The position numbers and the translations under genes were made by a program. Shown piece by piece: positions 46,905 to 59,100 of a stretch of 64,000 nt of DNA. The notes beneath the pieces were generated by a model. The model made no database searches. It was not told the DNA's origin and was given only the letters and a program-made list of their open reading frames with translations. The DNA comes from Tubulanus polymorphus (Eukaryota; Animalia; Nemertea). Position 1 is the first letter of the stretch, and each line of letters begins with the position of its first letter. The stretch spans positions 11,889,263-11,953,262 of the forward strand of contig NC_134028.1 of NCBI RefSeq assembly GCF_964204645.1, written 5' to 3'.

Positions 46905-47816
46905 TTAGTAAGCGTAAGATTAGCAAAGATGGTTTTCAATATTGCTGTAAAACTTGCACTAAACTATATAACAAACAATACCGAGAAGATAATATAGAAC
47001 ATTATAATTATTATATGACAGAATATATGAGAGAAAGATATAAAACAGATCTTAATTTTAGATTGAAACGATGCTTAAGATCTAGATTAACACAATTATT
47101 CAACAAAGAAACTCATTCAGAAACACTATCTAATTTGTTGGGTTGTTCAGATGAATTCTTAAAATCATGGATTATATATCAGTTTGATGATGAAATGAAT
47201 GAAAAAAACTATGGTGAATACTTTCATATTGATCACGTGTTGCCGATTTCTAAATTTGACATGAGTGATGATTATAATAAGAAGCTAATATGGAGCTGGA
47301 GAAATTTAAGACCTTTAGAAAAGAAGGAAAATATAATTAAACCTAATAAACTAGATTTACAGTTATATTTAGATCGACTGGTTAAAGCAAAGACATTTGT
47401 TGAATTATGGAATAGTAGCTCGCAGAATCAACCGCATTCTGAGGTTTTAATCAGTGGTTAGAAAACCGGCAACTCTATTTGAGCCTTGTATGTATATAAT
47501 ACATAGCTTTTGCTTACTACTAAAACATCTGTCGTCAAATATATCTTGTTTTCAATTTTAAAGAATTAATTAACTTCATCATAAAGAACATCTGTTACAA
47601 TCCAGGCAAACGTGCAGAAATAATTAGTCTGGTCGAACGTGCGCCACGTCGGCAGTTAGAAATCAACATTCACATACATAGTACGTATTGGATATTCTCT
47701 CTCAAAACACAGTTTACAGTTCTAAATCTACCGTTTTTGTAGTTATTATGAAGTAGGGAAACCTTTAAACATATTTAAGTACAGTAATTCATTTTCACGA
47801 TATCTTTTAGATTAAA

Positions 47817-48242
47817 ATGGAACACAAAGATGAACCAGAAATTCTAAGCCAACCATCGGAAGAGGAACCAGAAACGATGGATAGTGAAACTCAGGAATCA
47901 ATAGAAATGGAGGATGAAACTCTCGTAATTGACGAACAAACTTCACAAAAATTACAAGAACATTTGGACTATCATCAAGAAATGGTGAAAATTCTGAGTG
48001 ATGTAATACGTAATAAACAATTACCACGCATACCATTATTGCCACAATCACCAGCAACGCGACTTAAATTGCTGTTGGGACGCAAAGAATCGAAAACTAA
48101 GAAAATGAGTGGAGAAGAGTTGAACGAGTTTTTAAAATCTAAATTAATCATTGAAACAGAACATTTAAACTTTCCAGAAATACAAAGTGTAGAAGTTATT
48201 TCATTTGCCGAAATTACTGATATCTTTAAAAAAAAGTTATAA
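47817..48242 (+). CDS. 141-aa hypothetical protein with acidic N-terminus (accessory gene of the HNH cassette)
   Basis: Open frame with a ttaaaATG start like other hairpin-family genes; no recognisable domain. Confidence 0.45.
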   Translation: MEHKDEPEILSQPSEEEPETMDSETQESIEMEDETLVIDEQTSQKLQEHLDYHQEMVKILSDVIRNKQLPRIPLLPQSPATRLKLLLGRKESKTKKMSGEELNEFLKSKLIIETEHLNFPEIQSVEVISFAEITDIFKKKL

Positions 48243-49040
48243 AACCATATTAAATAGAAAAGCAAATCACCTATGGGACCACATCATTTTCGGGGGTTAT
48301 CTAAATATAGGGTTTACAATGTTTGATAAAGAAACTGCGGGGATTTCTTGGGGGCGTGGGTTAAAAAGAACATAGATATCAGTGCCGGCTTTGAAAGAAA
48401 ACTGAGAAGAGTTGGTAGATTAATAAAATATGAAAAATTCAAAATATTAGGTTTAGCATTTAGTGAAGTAGTCAGATATTTGCCAGAAATTGAAGAAATG
48501 ATTGGAAACAATCCAGTAATTAAAGAATTCTGGACGAAATTATAAATTACAACATTGAAGATCTTTGTAATATAGATATCAAAAAATGTAATCTCGATTG
48601 TGTAAATCTGCTTTAATATTGTATTGTTATGCATTAGTCGTTCGGTCGTTGTTAATGGCGGCGGCTGTTCTGTATTAATTGTTTACTAGTAACTAAGTAT
48701 TGCGCAATAACCAGTCCGATTGGACCGCTTTTCTATTGTTCTCCATTGTTCTATCTTCGATCGTTGTTGACGGAAACAGCTGCTCAATATTGATTGGTTA
48801 CAGTTCTAAGTTTGAATGTTGAAGTTGACAGAATAAAAATATAACTGTGTATTACGCAATAACCGGTCCGATGGGACCGCCTTTCTATTGTTCTCCATTG
48901 TTCTATCTTCGATCGCTAAAATTTGCATAATAAATATACGTGTTTATGAAATAGTAGTAATTGGAAGATGTGGGTTTCATACCAGAGTACTAGAGTACTA
49001 AACACCACTCATCACCACAAGTAATTTTTTTTCCTAATAA

Positions 49041-49256
49041 ATGGAAAGGAATGATGAATACAATAAAAAACTTATTTGGGGTTGGAAAAATTTAAGGCCT
49101 TTAGAAAAGAAAGAAAATCAAATCAAATCTAATAAACTAGATTTACAGTTCTATTTAGAACAGTTAACAAAGGCAAAGAAATTTATTGATCAATGGAACA
49201 ATGATCCAAATAATGAACGATACGTTGAGGAATTTGATATCAAGGATCCGAAATGA
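49041..49256 (+). pseudogene. C-terminal fragment of an HNH endonuclease placed behind the TIR leader
   Basis: YNKKLIWGWKNLRPLEKKEN matches the 46539-47461 protein. Confidence 0.7.
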
Positions 49257-50806
49257 CTTATCTGGACAGTTATAATTACTGCTCCTAATAGATGCTGTGA
49301 GGCTTGGGTGAGAACGGTTAATAGCGTACTTGTTATACAAGGGGAAGTAATCCCCACTCATCACCACAAGTAATTTCTTTTCCTAATAAATGGGAGATAG
49401 AAAAGCATTCTTAGCAACAATAAATAACAGAATAAAACCATCAAAAAACAATTTGAAATAAAAAAAGTTGACGTTACAAAAGAAATTGAACATAAAATAT
49501 TGAAATTAGAAAAGATAAAAACTAAATATGGAGAGAAAGTATCAGCGAATTTAAGCTACTGTAATGTTAGTACATCGCGAGAATTTTAAGTGTTTTTACC
49601 TGATAAATGGGTTTCATTGAGTACAGAGGAATTAAAAGATTTAGAAGGATTTAAAATAATCTATCATGGGAAAAATGAAGACGGTCATCATGATTTAGAA
49701 ATTGTTGATTAAATAAGAAATAAAAATAATGAATATCTAGAATCCAAAATGACCTTAGTCGTTTTATAAACAACAACAATCATACAATCAAACATCTGTT
49801 ACATGTTATTATAAGAGAGTGCTTCATTTGAATATTGATCAATCAAACAGGTCAAACCGCCCATATGCAATTGTATTAGGTTGTTTACAAAAGCATCTGT
49901 CGCACGTTATATTCAGTTGAATAGGGTGTATCTCATTTGAATATTGATCGAATGTTCTATTTCAGTTGAAAAGGATTAATCAATTATATTACAAAGGAAG
50001 GAACATCTGTTGCACCAGACATTGTTTAGCTAGTGAATAACTGGTAGTTATAAACGCGCAGCACATAAGCATAGGAACGTATAGGATATTCTCTCTATAA
50101 ACACAATTTTAGGAGTTTACAGTTATAAATGTAAGTACTGTTTTTGTTGTTATTAAGGCGTTGGGAAACGTTAAATCTGTAAAACTTATCCTGGTAAGAT
50201 GCGCCACAAAATGGCCATGTTTAAGTGATGTAATTAATATTTTACAACTACAACTTCAAGTTAGTTTTATTCTACGTTAGATATTTATCTTTTAGATAAC
50301 AAAATGAAGGCCATTGAATCAAGAAAGTGAAGATAGATGGATGTGGAATCAGAAATTATGGATATTTCAACTCATGAGACTGTAGCAGTTTAGCCATACT
50401 GTAAAGGCTTCCAATGCATTACGTTTGTCGGAATTTCAATTGCGTCATTAAGCTGTTGTTAATGTCACACAGTGACAGATGTTGTATTGTATTTTATTGA
50501 TTCCTGCATTCCGCGCATACCTTACCGCTCCTCTCAGGAGCGGCTTGGAATGTGGAAATCGATAATGATTGTAGAATAAAATATATGTGTTTATGAAATA
50601 GTATTTCCACCAGTCGTTTCTTTGAATTTATTTTCAGTTTTAGGATTGATTATCGAGAGTCCGAAATGACTTATCTGGACAGTTATAATTACTGCTCCTA
50701 TAGATAAACAATAGTAGTGAGATGGTGCCGTATGGCACCCACATGGTGATATTCAATTAATATTCAATTAATTAAAAAAATTATTTTTTTGCTTTTTTCT
50801 AAAATA

Positions 50807-51175
50807 TTAATCCATTTTTTTTATTGTCAATTTTGGAATTTCAGAAGTATTTTCATTTTTGATAACAGTTGTTTCAGAATTATTAATATCATGAATTTTA
50901 TTTGATTTCTTATACCAATTACACCCAATCAAAATGAATACAATTACAAATCCAACTGTAAAATATAAATATTTATCAAATATTCTATTATCAGAAGGAG
51001 TAGAAATAACAATATTTTCATTATTTTTATTAACATTTCTATTACTTATTTTTTCTTTTACAGCTTTTTTATATTCTTGTGATTTAATTCCTAATTGCCG
51101 AGACCATTCAATTTGTTTCTGTGATCTCGGTTTTTTCTTCACAGTTAATTCCTTCACTTCTTCCACCTCGCTCAT
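50807..51175 (-). CDS. 122-aa TM protein (copy 4)
   Basis: Intact paralogue of 8472-8840. Confidence 0.78.
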   Translation of the reverse strand: MSEVEEVKELTVKKKPRSQKQIEWSRQLGIKSQEYKKAVKEKISNRNVNKNNENIVISTPSDNRIFDKYLYFTVGFVIVFILIGCNWYKKSNKIHDINNSETTVIKNENTSEIPKLTIKKMD

Positions 51176-51713
51176 TTATTATAGAAATATTTTTACTTTC
51201 AATATTTGAAAATGTTATAACTCCAGTTGATAATAATGTCATAAATCCGCCTAATTGAAATGATAAATATCCAATCCATTTATTTAATTCAGTCATAACT
51301 AAATAGTCATTTTTTAAATCGGAATATAATCTATTTTCATCTTCAATTGGTAGTATATAATTACATAATTTACTATAACCTTTTACTACATTTTCTGATA
51401 TCGCGTCATTAATTCTAGCTGTTCTCGCGGCTTCATAAATCTTAAATAATCTAATAATTTCATCTGATTTCATTGTATCTAATTCATTATAAGTTAAATT
51501 TTTACCGACAAAATTTTTACATTTTCCAGATGCTATTAATATTTCTAATTGATGTTTACAATAAAGATAATATTCATAATTATTATTTGTTGTAACATTA
51601 TTCAAAGCACCATCATCTGGAGTTAATTTTGTTTCTGTTATTCCTAAATCATCTAAAGTTTTTTCAATTGGAACATCACCATTTTTAGATTTTATTTTCT
51701 TTTCACCTCCCAT
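51108..51713 (-). CDS. 201-aa protein (copy 4)
   Basis: Intact paralogue of 8773-9378. Confidence 0.78.
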   Translation of the reverse strand: MGGEKKIKSKNGDVPIEKTLDDLGITETKLTPDDGALNNVTTNNNYEYYLYCKHQLEILIASGKCKNFVGKNLTYNELDTMKSDEIIRLFKIYEAARTARINDAISENVVKGYSKLCNYILPIEDENRLYSDLKNDYLVMTELNKWIGYLSFQLGGFMTLLSTGVITFSNIESKNISIINERGGRSEGINCEEKTEITETN

Positions 51714-51968
51714 TTATATAACAAATAAATTAGTTGTGTTGTTGCAACTAGAATTCAACTAGAATGTAACTAGAATTCAACTAGATTAACAAGCTAGATG
51801 AAATATTGTTGTTTTTGTTTATTTCTTGTTAAATCTAGTTGATTTTTGTTACAACTACCAATAACTAGAATTCAACTAGAATGTAACTAGAATTCAATTA
51901 GATTAACAAGCAAGTTGAATTCAAATAAATTCAAATTTAAATGGGTGTTGTAATCTAGATAGTAATTT

Positions 51969-52529
51969 TTATCTTTTAATATTTTTCAACTTATCCATAT
52001 ATTCATTATGTAAATCATGTGGAATAATATCATTTTCCTCAAGTGCATTTTTCATCGATTTTCTGTCTTTATTGTAGAATAAAACTAGAAATCTAATGTT
52101 TTCTCTCAAGTCTTTAACAATTGAATTATATTTTTGATTTAAAACCCAAGTTGTTATCCCAAAATGTCTGCCAGAAAAAGCTAAATAGCATAACTCACTT
52201 TCTCTAACTTTTGAATCATGTAAATTTGCGCAATCATCTATGATAAATAATGTATTTGATCCTTTATAAATATCAATTGCTATTTTTATACAATTATCTA
52301 AATTTTCTTTAACTGTTTTAGGATCTAATATAATGAATTTATTATTTCTAGTAATATTTCTATCATAAGTTTGATTAAATTCATATGTTGGACAAAATAA
52401 TACTATATTATCAAAATAGTTTTTATAAATAGTTTCTAATAAATTTAATATAAAATAAGTTTTTCCACAATTTGTTACACCAGAAATTAACATATTATGA
52501 GGTTCAAATATAAATAATTCCTTATTCAT
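51969..52529 (-). pseudogene. Packaging ATPase with premature stop near the C-terminus (copy 4)
   Basis: 186 of 202 aa; Walker motifs intact. Confidence 0.85.
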
Positions 52530-53548
52530 TTATATATTTTTAATTTTACTTGATAATATCCATTCATTAAATTTATCTGGCCATCCAACCCATTTTACTA
52601 AAGAATATTTTTTTCCTTTAATAGTTTTTGTTTTTAATACTTTTTCAATTTTATATTCTTGTTCTAGATTTTCAGTAGTTAAACTTAATTCTTCTTCGTA
52701 AAAGTAGCCATCAACTTCTTCACCATCTAAATCTTCTAATTTATAGACATATGGTTTTGTTGTTATTACCTTTTTTATTTTATATATTTCTCTAGTAAAA
52801 TTTCGATCGTATCCTTTATCAAATATCTTTTTTTTCTAGCATCAATAGGTTTCATTCCAATAGAAGAATGATAAGAATTATTATATCCTTCTATCAATTT
52901 TGGTAAAACATCAATCCATTTAAAAGTATTATTTGCTGTAAAATATTTCCACATTCTTGTTCTTAATGTTCTATTAAATCGTTCAACAACTGCAGCTTTT
53001 TTATCCGATTTTGTTGAAAAATATTTAATATTATGATAATCTAAGAGTTCATGAACAAGTGAATTATCAAACTCTTTTCCATCATCAAATTGTATTTTTT
53101 CTGGTTTTAGTTTATCATCCGAAAGAAATGTTCTTAAAACATTTGATGTTTGTACAGCATCTTTTCCATAAAGTGGGAAACTCCATACAAAACGACTAAA
53201 AATATCAATTATATTCAATAACCACCAATAATCATCATTATCTTTCTTAACATTTTTCATATCAATTAAATCTCCTTGCCACTGTTGATCTACATAACTT
53301 ACCATAGTTTTACGAGTTTTATATTTTCTAACAATTTTTTTATGTGTTGTATATGTTGGTTGTTCTAACATAAATTCATTTATATCTTTATATTTATCTA
53401 AATTTTGTGGGTTTATCTTATCTAATTTATCTTGTTTTACTTTACTCCATATATTTTTGGTAGAAGAATAAGCAACCGAACTCTCAGGGTTGTAATATAA
53501 ATTTCTTAAATATTGTTCTTTAGTATTAGGAGTTTTTTTACCACCCAT
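52530..53548 (-). pseudogene. Integrase with internal deletion and frameshift (copy 4)
   Basis: Deletion after PIDARK near 52830. Confidence 0.88.
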
Positions 53549-54303
53549 TTATATATCGTTAATTTTAACTTTATATTTCTAATATTGAATACTATCTAAT
53601 TGAGAATTTACAATATTTAATTGTGCGTCAGATATAATATAAATGTGCATTTTAAAATTTTTGTCTCCTCTTTTCTTTTTCATGAATAATTGTATTCCAT
53701 CTTTAGTGTTCTGTAGTTTTTTCCAGAACCATGTAATGAATTGCTTCGAAAGTTTTTGTAGGATCGATTAAATTGCAATAAATATAAGTGTGTAAAAGGT
53801 ATTATATTTGAGATGCATTCTGCGTTTCCAGTAACTGTACTAATATATCATCTTTATATTCTAGTTTCAATTTATTTTCTAAGTGTGTTTTAGTTTTATT
53901 ATGTCTTGCCTTTTGAGATTTATCTATATTGATTTTACATGTTGGACAGTAGTACTTATTTGCTTCCATTTCAATATCAAAATTTTTATTAAAATTGATT
54001 TCATACTATTCGAAATCTATATCATGGTGCCCTTTTTCATTCTTACCTTTGTATATGAAATAGAAATCACCAGAACATAATTCTTCTAGATCTTCACTAG
54101 ATAATCTATGAAATCTATCTGGTAAATATGTTCTGAATTTATATTTATTTCCTTTTAATCCTTCCTATTCTAAGTGGATAACTAATTTATTACCATATCT
54201 ATTAGTAATTGTTTCAAAATTTGTAATTAAATATTTCTTATGTAATGTGAATTCATTTAACTTCTTAAATTTATAATCTACAGATTTGACATGTGTAGTA
54301 TCT

Positions 54304-55900
54304 AGGGTTTTTTTGTTTCTTCACAGAAAACCCTATTGAAATTCGCGTGATTATTATTTTTTTCCCTTTTCCACAGTTTTTGTTAAAAGTGTAAAGGCTT
54401 CGTTACCTTACCGCTGTCGCCGATACAATCCGTATGATATCCTTCAGCTCACTTCAATCTCCAGATACTGCATGGGAATTTTGATAAATCCACGTTATAA
54501 AGGCACTGTCGAGCCGTAAACATCGGAAATTTGGCTCCGTTCAATTAGTAGCCATGTTGTGTTTTCTTTCCGACATTTCTCTCTTCTTTTCGAGGAAGAG
54601 CTATCGAATAATTCCCTCTCTTCTCCACAATCAATTTCAAAGTCAATTTTATAGATTTATTGCTCAGCGGGTCCAAGTCCAAGAGTTTACGAGTCCGGCC
54701 TTCGCGGGTCTGACAGGTTTACGGACATTTGTTTATTTACCTCTTTAATATTTCTGATTTCTTGTTATTCAGGTTATTTCATGGTGCGATTCAAGAATAG
54801 GGGAATATAGCAATATATATGTAGTGATAGTAATCAATTAAGTAATAATATTAGTAATTGCTAATGATGAAATATAATGATAGTAATGTATATAGTAATT
54901 AATGATGATTAGGGAACTAAACCTAAACCTAACCCTAATCCTAACCACTAGTCCCCTATTCTTGAATCTTACCAAATCGAGGTCGTTGAGTCGCGGATGG
55001 CCACTAGAATTACGTTCGTCTCAGAGAGAAAACAAACGACAGAAAAGTATCAGGCGATTATCGATAGCCTACTACGGTACACACAGTTGACAAACAGTGT
55101 TAGGCCTGTGCCGGTTGGTGCGTACTGGGACTAAATACACGTTGAAAAAACACAAGTTATGCTTGATTCTCGTGTTCAAATTTAATTCAAATTCAAATTT
55201 ATTCTATTTCATCATATTTACAAAGCATATCATTAGTTCATACAGTAATGAAAATTAGGACAGAACAAATATTATTACAGAATTTCCAAAAAGGCAATGA
55301 ATTTCTATAACTAAATGAACATTATTTTTCTAATAACTCAGATCAAGAGTGACTCTCCCTTTTATTAGGAAACACACGCAACTAGTGGAATAGATTTGAT
55401 TTACATGCATGTTGCAGGTATCAATTGTTTATCACTATAGAATTTGTAATCCATAAAAGCCAAAATCAACATCAGCCGGAAACCCAGACCAAATCAATTC
55501 ATAATGTATTGATTGAATCTACACTTCAATATATGTATTTATTCAAATATTTCAATAAAAACATTAACTTCTTAAATCTATTCTAATTCATAATACGTTC
55601 TTATCTGTAAATTCACTCAATCTATCGACTCAGCAGGTGCTTAAGATGAGTTCTTAATAGGACAGATCCATTTTTAAGCATGGTGATAATACAGTATCAT
55701 GATGTTTGAATTCCAAAATAAATGCCTGGTCAAATGAATTGATATATGTTGATTGTACGTCCGCGTATGTTCGGTTTCAAAGCTGAATCACATTTGACGT
55801 CAATGCATTTTATTCTATGTATCGGTATTTCAATTTACTACAATTCCCATCATTCTGAATGGCTTTGCAGAAAACCCGTCATCGCTGCTTAGCAGCTATA
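54304..55900. mobile_element. Non-autonomous (HINE-like) insertion splitting a 108-aa homologue
   Basis: Flanks rejoin as MASKQIHSEFLNR/...TTHVKSVDYK on the minus strand. The terminal stem-loop cgctgcttagcagctatatt is also seen inverted at 2289-2316. Confidence 0.55.
54783..54973. repeat. Small MITE-like element with AACCCT-like internal repeats
   Basis: Inverted ends gattcaagaatagggga / tcccctattcttgaatc. Confidence 0.55.
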
Positions 55901-56036
55901 TTTCTATTTAAGAATTCACTGTGTATTTGTTTACTCGCCATTTCAATAACAAATTTTTTATTAAAATTGATTTTAGAAGTTATTCATTTATATATCTTAT
56001 TCATTAATATTTTATTCATATATATGGAATTATTAG

Positions 56037-56151
56037 AGTAATTGGGAATGTGTTGGTTCAGGTTAAAGGTTGAGAGGGTGAGTTCATAAAAAATGAAAAA
56101 TAAATTCGAGCGTGCGAGAATTTATTTTTCATTTTGTATATTAATTCCCAG
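56037..56151. repeat. Degraded hairpin terminus, fourth example
   Basis: agtaattgggaatgtgttggttcagg...ttcataaaaaatgaaaaataaatt-cgagcgtgcgag-aatttatttttcatttt; the conserved leader lies on its left in inverted orientation. Confidence 0.75.
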
Positions 56152-59100
56152 TATTAATTCGATTAGACTCATGGAGCAACAATAATGTCTCTTTTAGAAT
56201 AGTACCCTTTTGAGTAAAGGAAATGCCTTAGATTGCCTTTTTTGATTTTGGGCAATTTATTTTCATTCACATTTTGCTTTAGTCCTAGTTCACAAAGGCA
56301 ATTATTGCTTATGGCGCACAAATTGTGAGCCCTTTTATTTACTTTTTTCCCGAAACATATATTTTTCAAGGGTATTTGAAAACTGACTATCGCACATGCT
56401 GCATGTGCGATAGTCTGGATCCGCGCCTGTGTAAGAGGAAAAACACCCGGCATTTGTGTAAACTAGCTTCACAGTTTAGAGAATGATTATCGCAAATATT
56501 ACAGCACACATAAACTTGGATACACATTATCTGAGAGCCTTTTATTCTGCCAAGTGATGCTATTTTTGCGAATTAAATACCTAGTAAGAGATACGCACTT
56601 TACACTGCATAAAGTACTGGCTTTCCCCAGTGACCCACATCGCTGTAGTAAGTACAACATACTGACTGTATATATGCAGCACACATTACTATTAATACAT
56701 GGCCGGGATGGTGCAGGCTGGGCTGGGATTCACAAAAAAGTTTACGGTTTCAGGACGCTTTATGGTCCAGTACTGGATAAAAATATCTCTACCCACATCT
56801 GCGATGCCTATATCAGTCATCCCTCCGCATGGTTTTTACAAAGAGGGAATGACTTAAATGACGATGAATGTACACTGCTCCACGTCGTAGAAAGATGCTG
56901 GTACTATGTAGTCACAAATTCCTTCGTTCCGAGGCATCAGGTCCAAATTAAATGGAATAATTTCGACTGTCTATTAGTTACGACTGTTGGCTTCCTAAAC
57001 TGCAGACGTATGATTGGAATCTGATGTATTTTAGTCACTATTTTGCACTTAAATTTGCTGTTAGTATCGCCCGTTTCTATACACTACACCATGTTGTTTT
57101 GGTTTGGGTTCTCAGAATGACGTCACACTTCCGGGTTGGGAAGGAATCAGCGCGGTCGATCAAAAGTCTCATTTAAACATTAATTGAAGAATTAAAAATT
57201 AATTTCTTGACCACTAAATCAATAAATTGGTTATAATTGATGATAAAAAATACTTTTAGCCATATCCTAAAAACCTCTTCATGGCCCCTTTAAGCTCGGC
57301 AGAAAAGATAAATATGGCATTAACTGTTGAAGAACGGTGATTATCTGAGAGAGCCTACGTGGTCGACCCAGATCACCGGAGAGGAATGAGGCATGTATTG
57401 AAATATACAGCGATGAATAGCATGTATACATTATCTTATTATTTTTCAAATGGGAGTCACGTTACTAATAATACTGGAGTGTTTAGTGGGTTTTTCAATC
57501 ATTAGAGATCCAGTCGGCTCCGGTTGGTTCAGTGGCGTAACAGAGATATCGTCTAAATACGACGTCAAAAACGCACTCTTCCCATTCTATATGGTACAGT
57601 TTTTGGAGTTTCACTCTTAACATACTAAATGTATGGTTTGAGTTGAGAAGATGCACAATATCCATGTGAGATGAATAACGAGAGAAATCCCACAATACAT
57701 TCAGCCCAAAAAACAAAAAGTTCTGAGGTACAAAAGATATATAATATATTCGTGCAGCGTGTGTCGTGCACGTGAATGGTATATTGCATAATGACCCCGA
57801 TGATGTGCGTGTTTTGAAACAATATTATTATTTATTTTCTCATTAGAAATTAGGATATTACTGTTTTTCATTTAATAGATTATAACACAGTTTCTCCATA
57901 CTTCCAATTACCCGCGGTTTATAGAAGTCATTGTCATGTGGTAGGCAAGTATTTGGCACATTATTCGACTCCCGGTTTTTGTATTTAATTGCTTGACATA
58001 CAGTGCTGCCACCAGGGCACTTAGTACTACTTTTGGCGGTTAATTTTGTTGTATATTAAGCCGCCATAGCTATCGGTAGTTAGTAAATAAATGGTGTGTT
58101 GATATTCTGATAAATATCTCTAATGATTCATTTATTTCTCTAGGATTGAACCGAGGTCTAAGGTTTGAGGTTGTCCATCTTACAGGTGTGGCGCTGGGAA
58201 GTGTGTCAAAGAATCTGTGAATAGCAGCTCTTCTGGTCCCCACGCGTCAGAAACTCGAACGATCGATTAACTGCATCCGTTATGAACCGGTTTAAAGATC
58301 AATAAGGTCGATTGAGTTTAAAGGCATCGTTCCTGGTTGTTATATTGGCGTCCGCGACAGGACCTCTGGAGCGTCCCTTGTTGGATGGTTAAACTGGAAA
58401 TACAGAGGATTGGTAGCTTGTCGTCGGATGATTTGTACAGTTTCGTTGTTCAGAGCTGTGTAGTCATGAATCCGCGAGTTACGTCCTAAAATTAGTGGTA
58501 ATTAGTAGATACACGTGTATATCATGAAACTATAGTGTGAATATAGTGTAGCGGAAATTCCGTGATGATGTTATAGGCGCCAAATTTAAATCACTTTCTT
58601 GCCTGCATAGCAGTTTTTATAACCGGGCCAGAGCGCCAGTTTTGAATCGCTCATGTATCGCCACAGATAGCGTCTAATATTTATAGATCCTTAAAATAGC
58701 ACCAATTATTCAATTTCCTTATCCTTTATTCCCGTTTATAACCTGGTTACCTTTCTTACTGCGTTGCGGGACGAACTCAGCTCGCGTCCAGTCGAGTTGT
58801 GTTCGTTGGGGGATTTTACTCAGACTATGTTGTCTTACCGTCTTTATAACTATTCGGCGGAACCAGTTGTTCAAAGAAATCAAACTGCTCTTAAAGCACA
58901 TCAGTACGTCGTAAATCTTCTTACCAATACGTTCGTATTTATATCCTAACGATGTTATATTGTGATATAGGAATTCCGCTCTAGTGAAGTCGAGTAGCGC
59001 CCGGATTCGGGCCGGTTCAATTTGGTACTCCGCGGTGCCGACCGCTTGAGTGCTCCCTCTTTCGGTGAACTACATTTTTTTTTTGTAACTAATTGGAAGT

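Larger units (their letters stand above)
46539..47461 (+). pseudogene. Zinc-ribbon + HNH endonuclease (NCLDV/phage type), interrupted by a 241-bp insert
   Basis: MESEQ...CSKC...EFSKR[insert]KISKDGFQYCCKTC...FHIDHVLPISKFD...NLRPLEKKEN. The frame is restored if the insert and one TSD copy are removed. Confidence 0.8.
48956..56151. mobile_element. Degraded/chimeric Polinton copy 4
   Basis: TIR agtaattggaagatgtggg...ccactcatcaccacaagt at 48956. Then an HNH fragment, 108-aa pseudogene, 122-aa, 201-aa, ATPase, integrase, MCP 3' end, penton and pPolB 5' scraps, a 108-aa homologue and a hairpin at 56037-56151. Confidence 0.8.

Noticed and set aside
54915-54948. Telomeric repeat
   Set aside because: Only a few degenerate AACC(C)T units inside a small inverted-repeat element.
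56169-57822. Host protein-coding exons
   Set aside because: Short ORFs without recognisable motifs or supportable splice structure.
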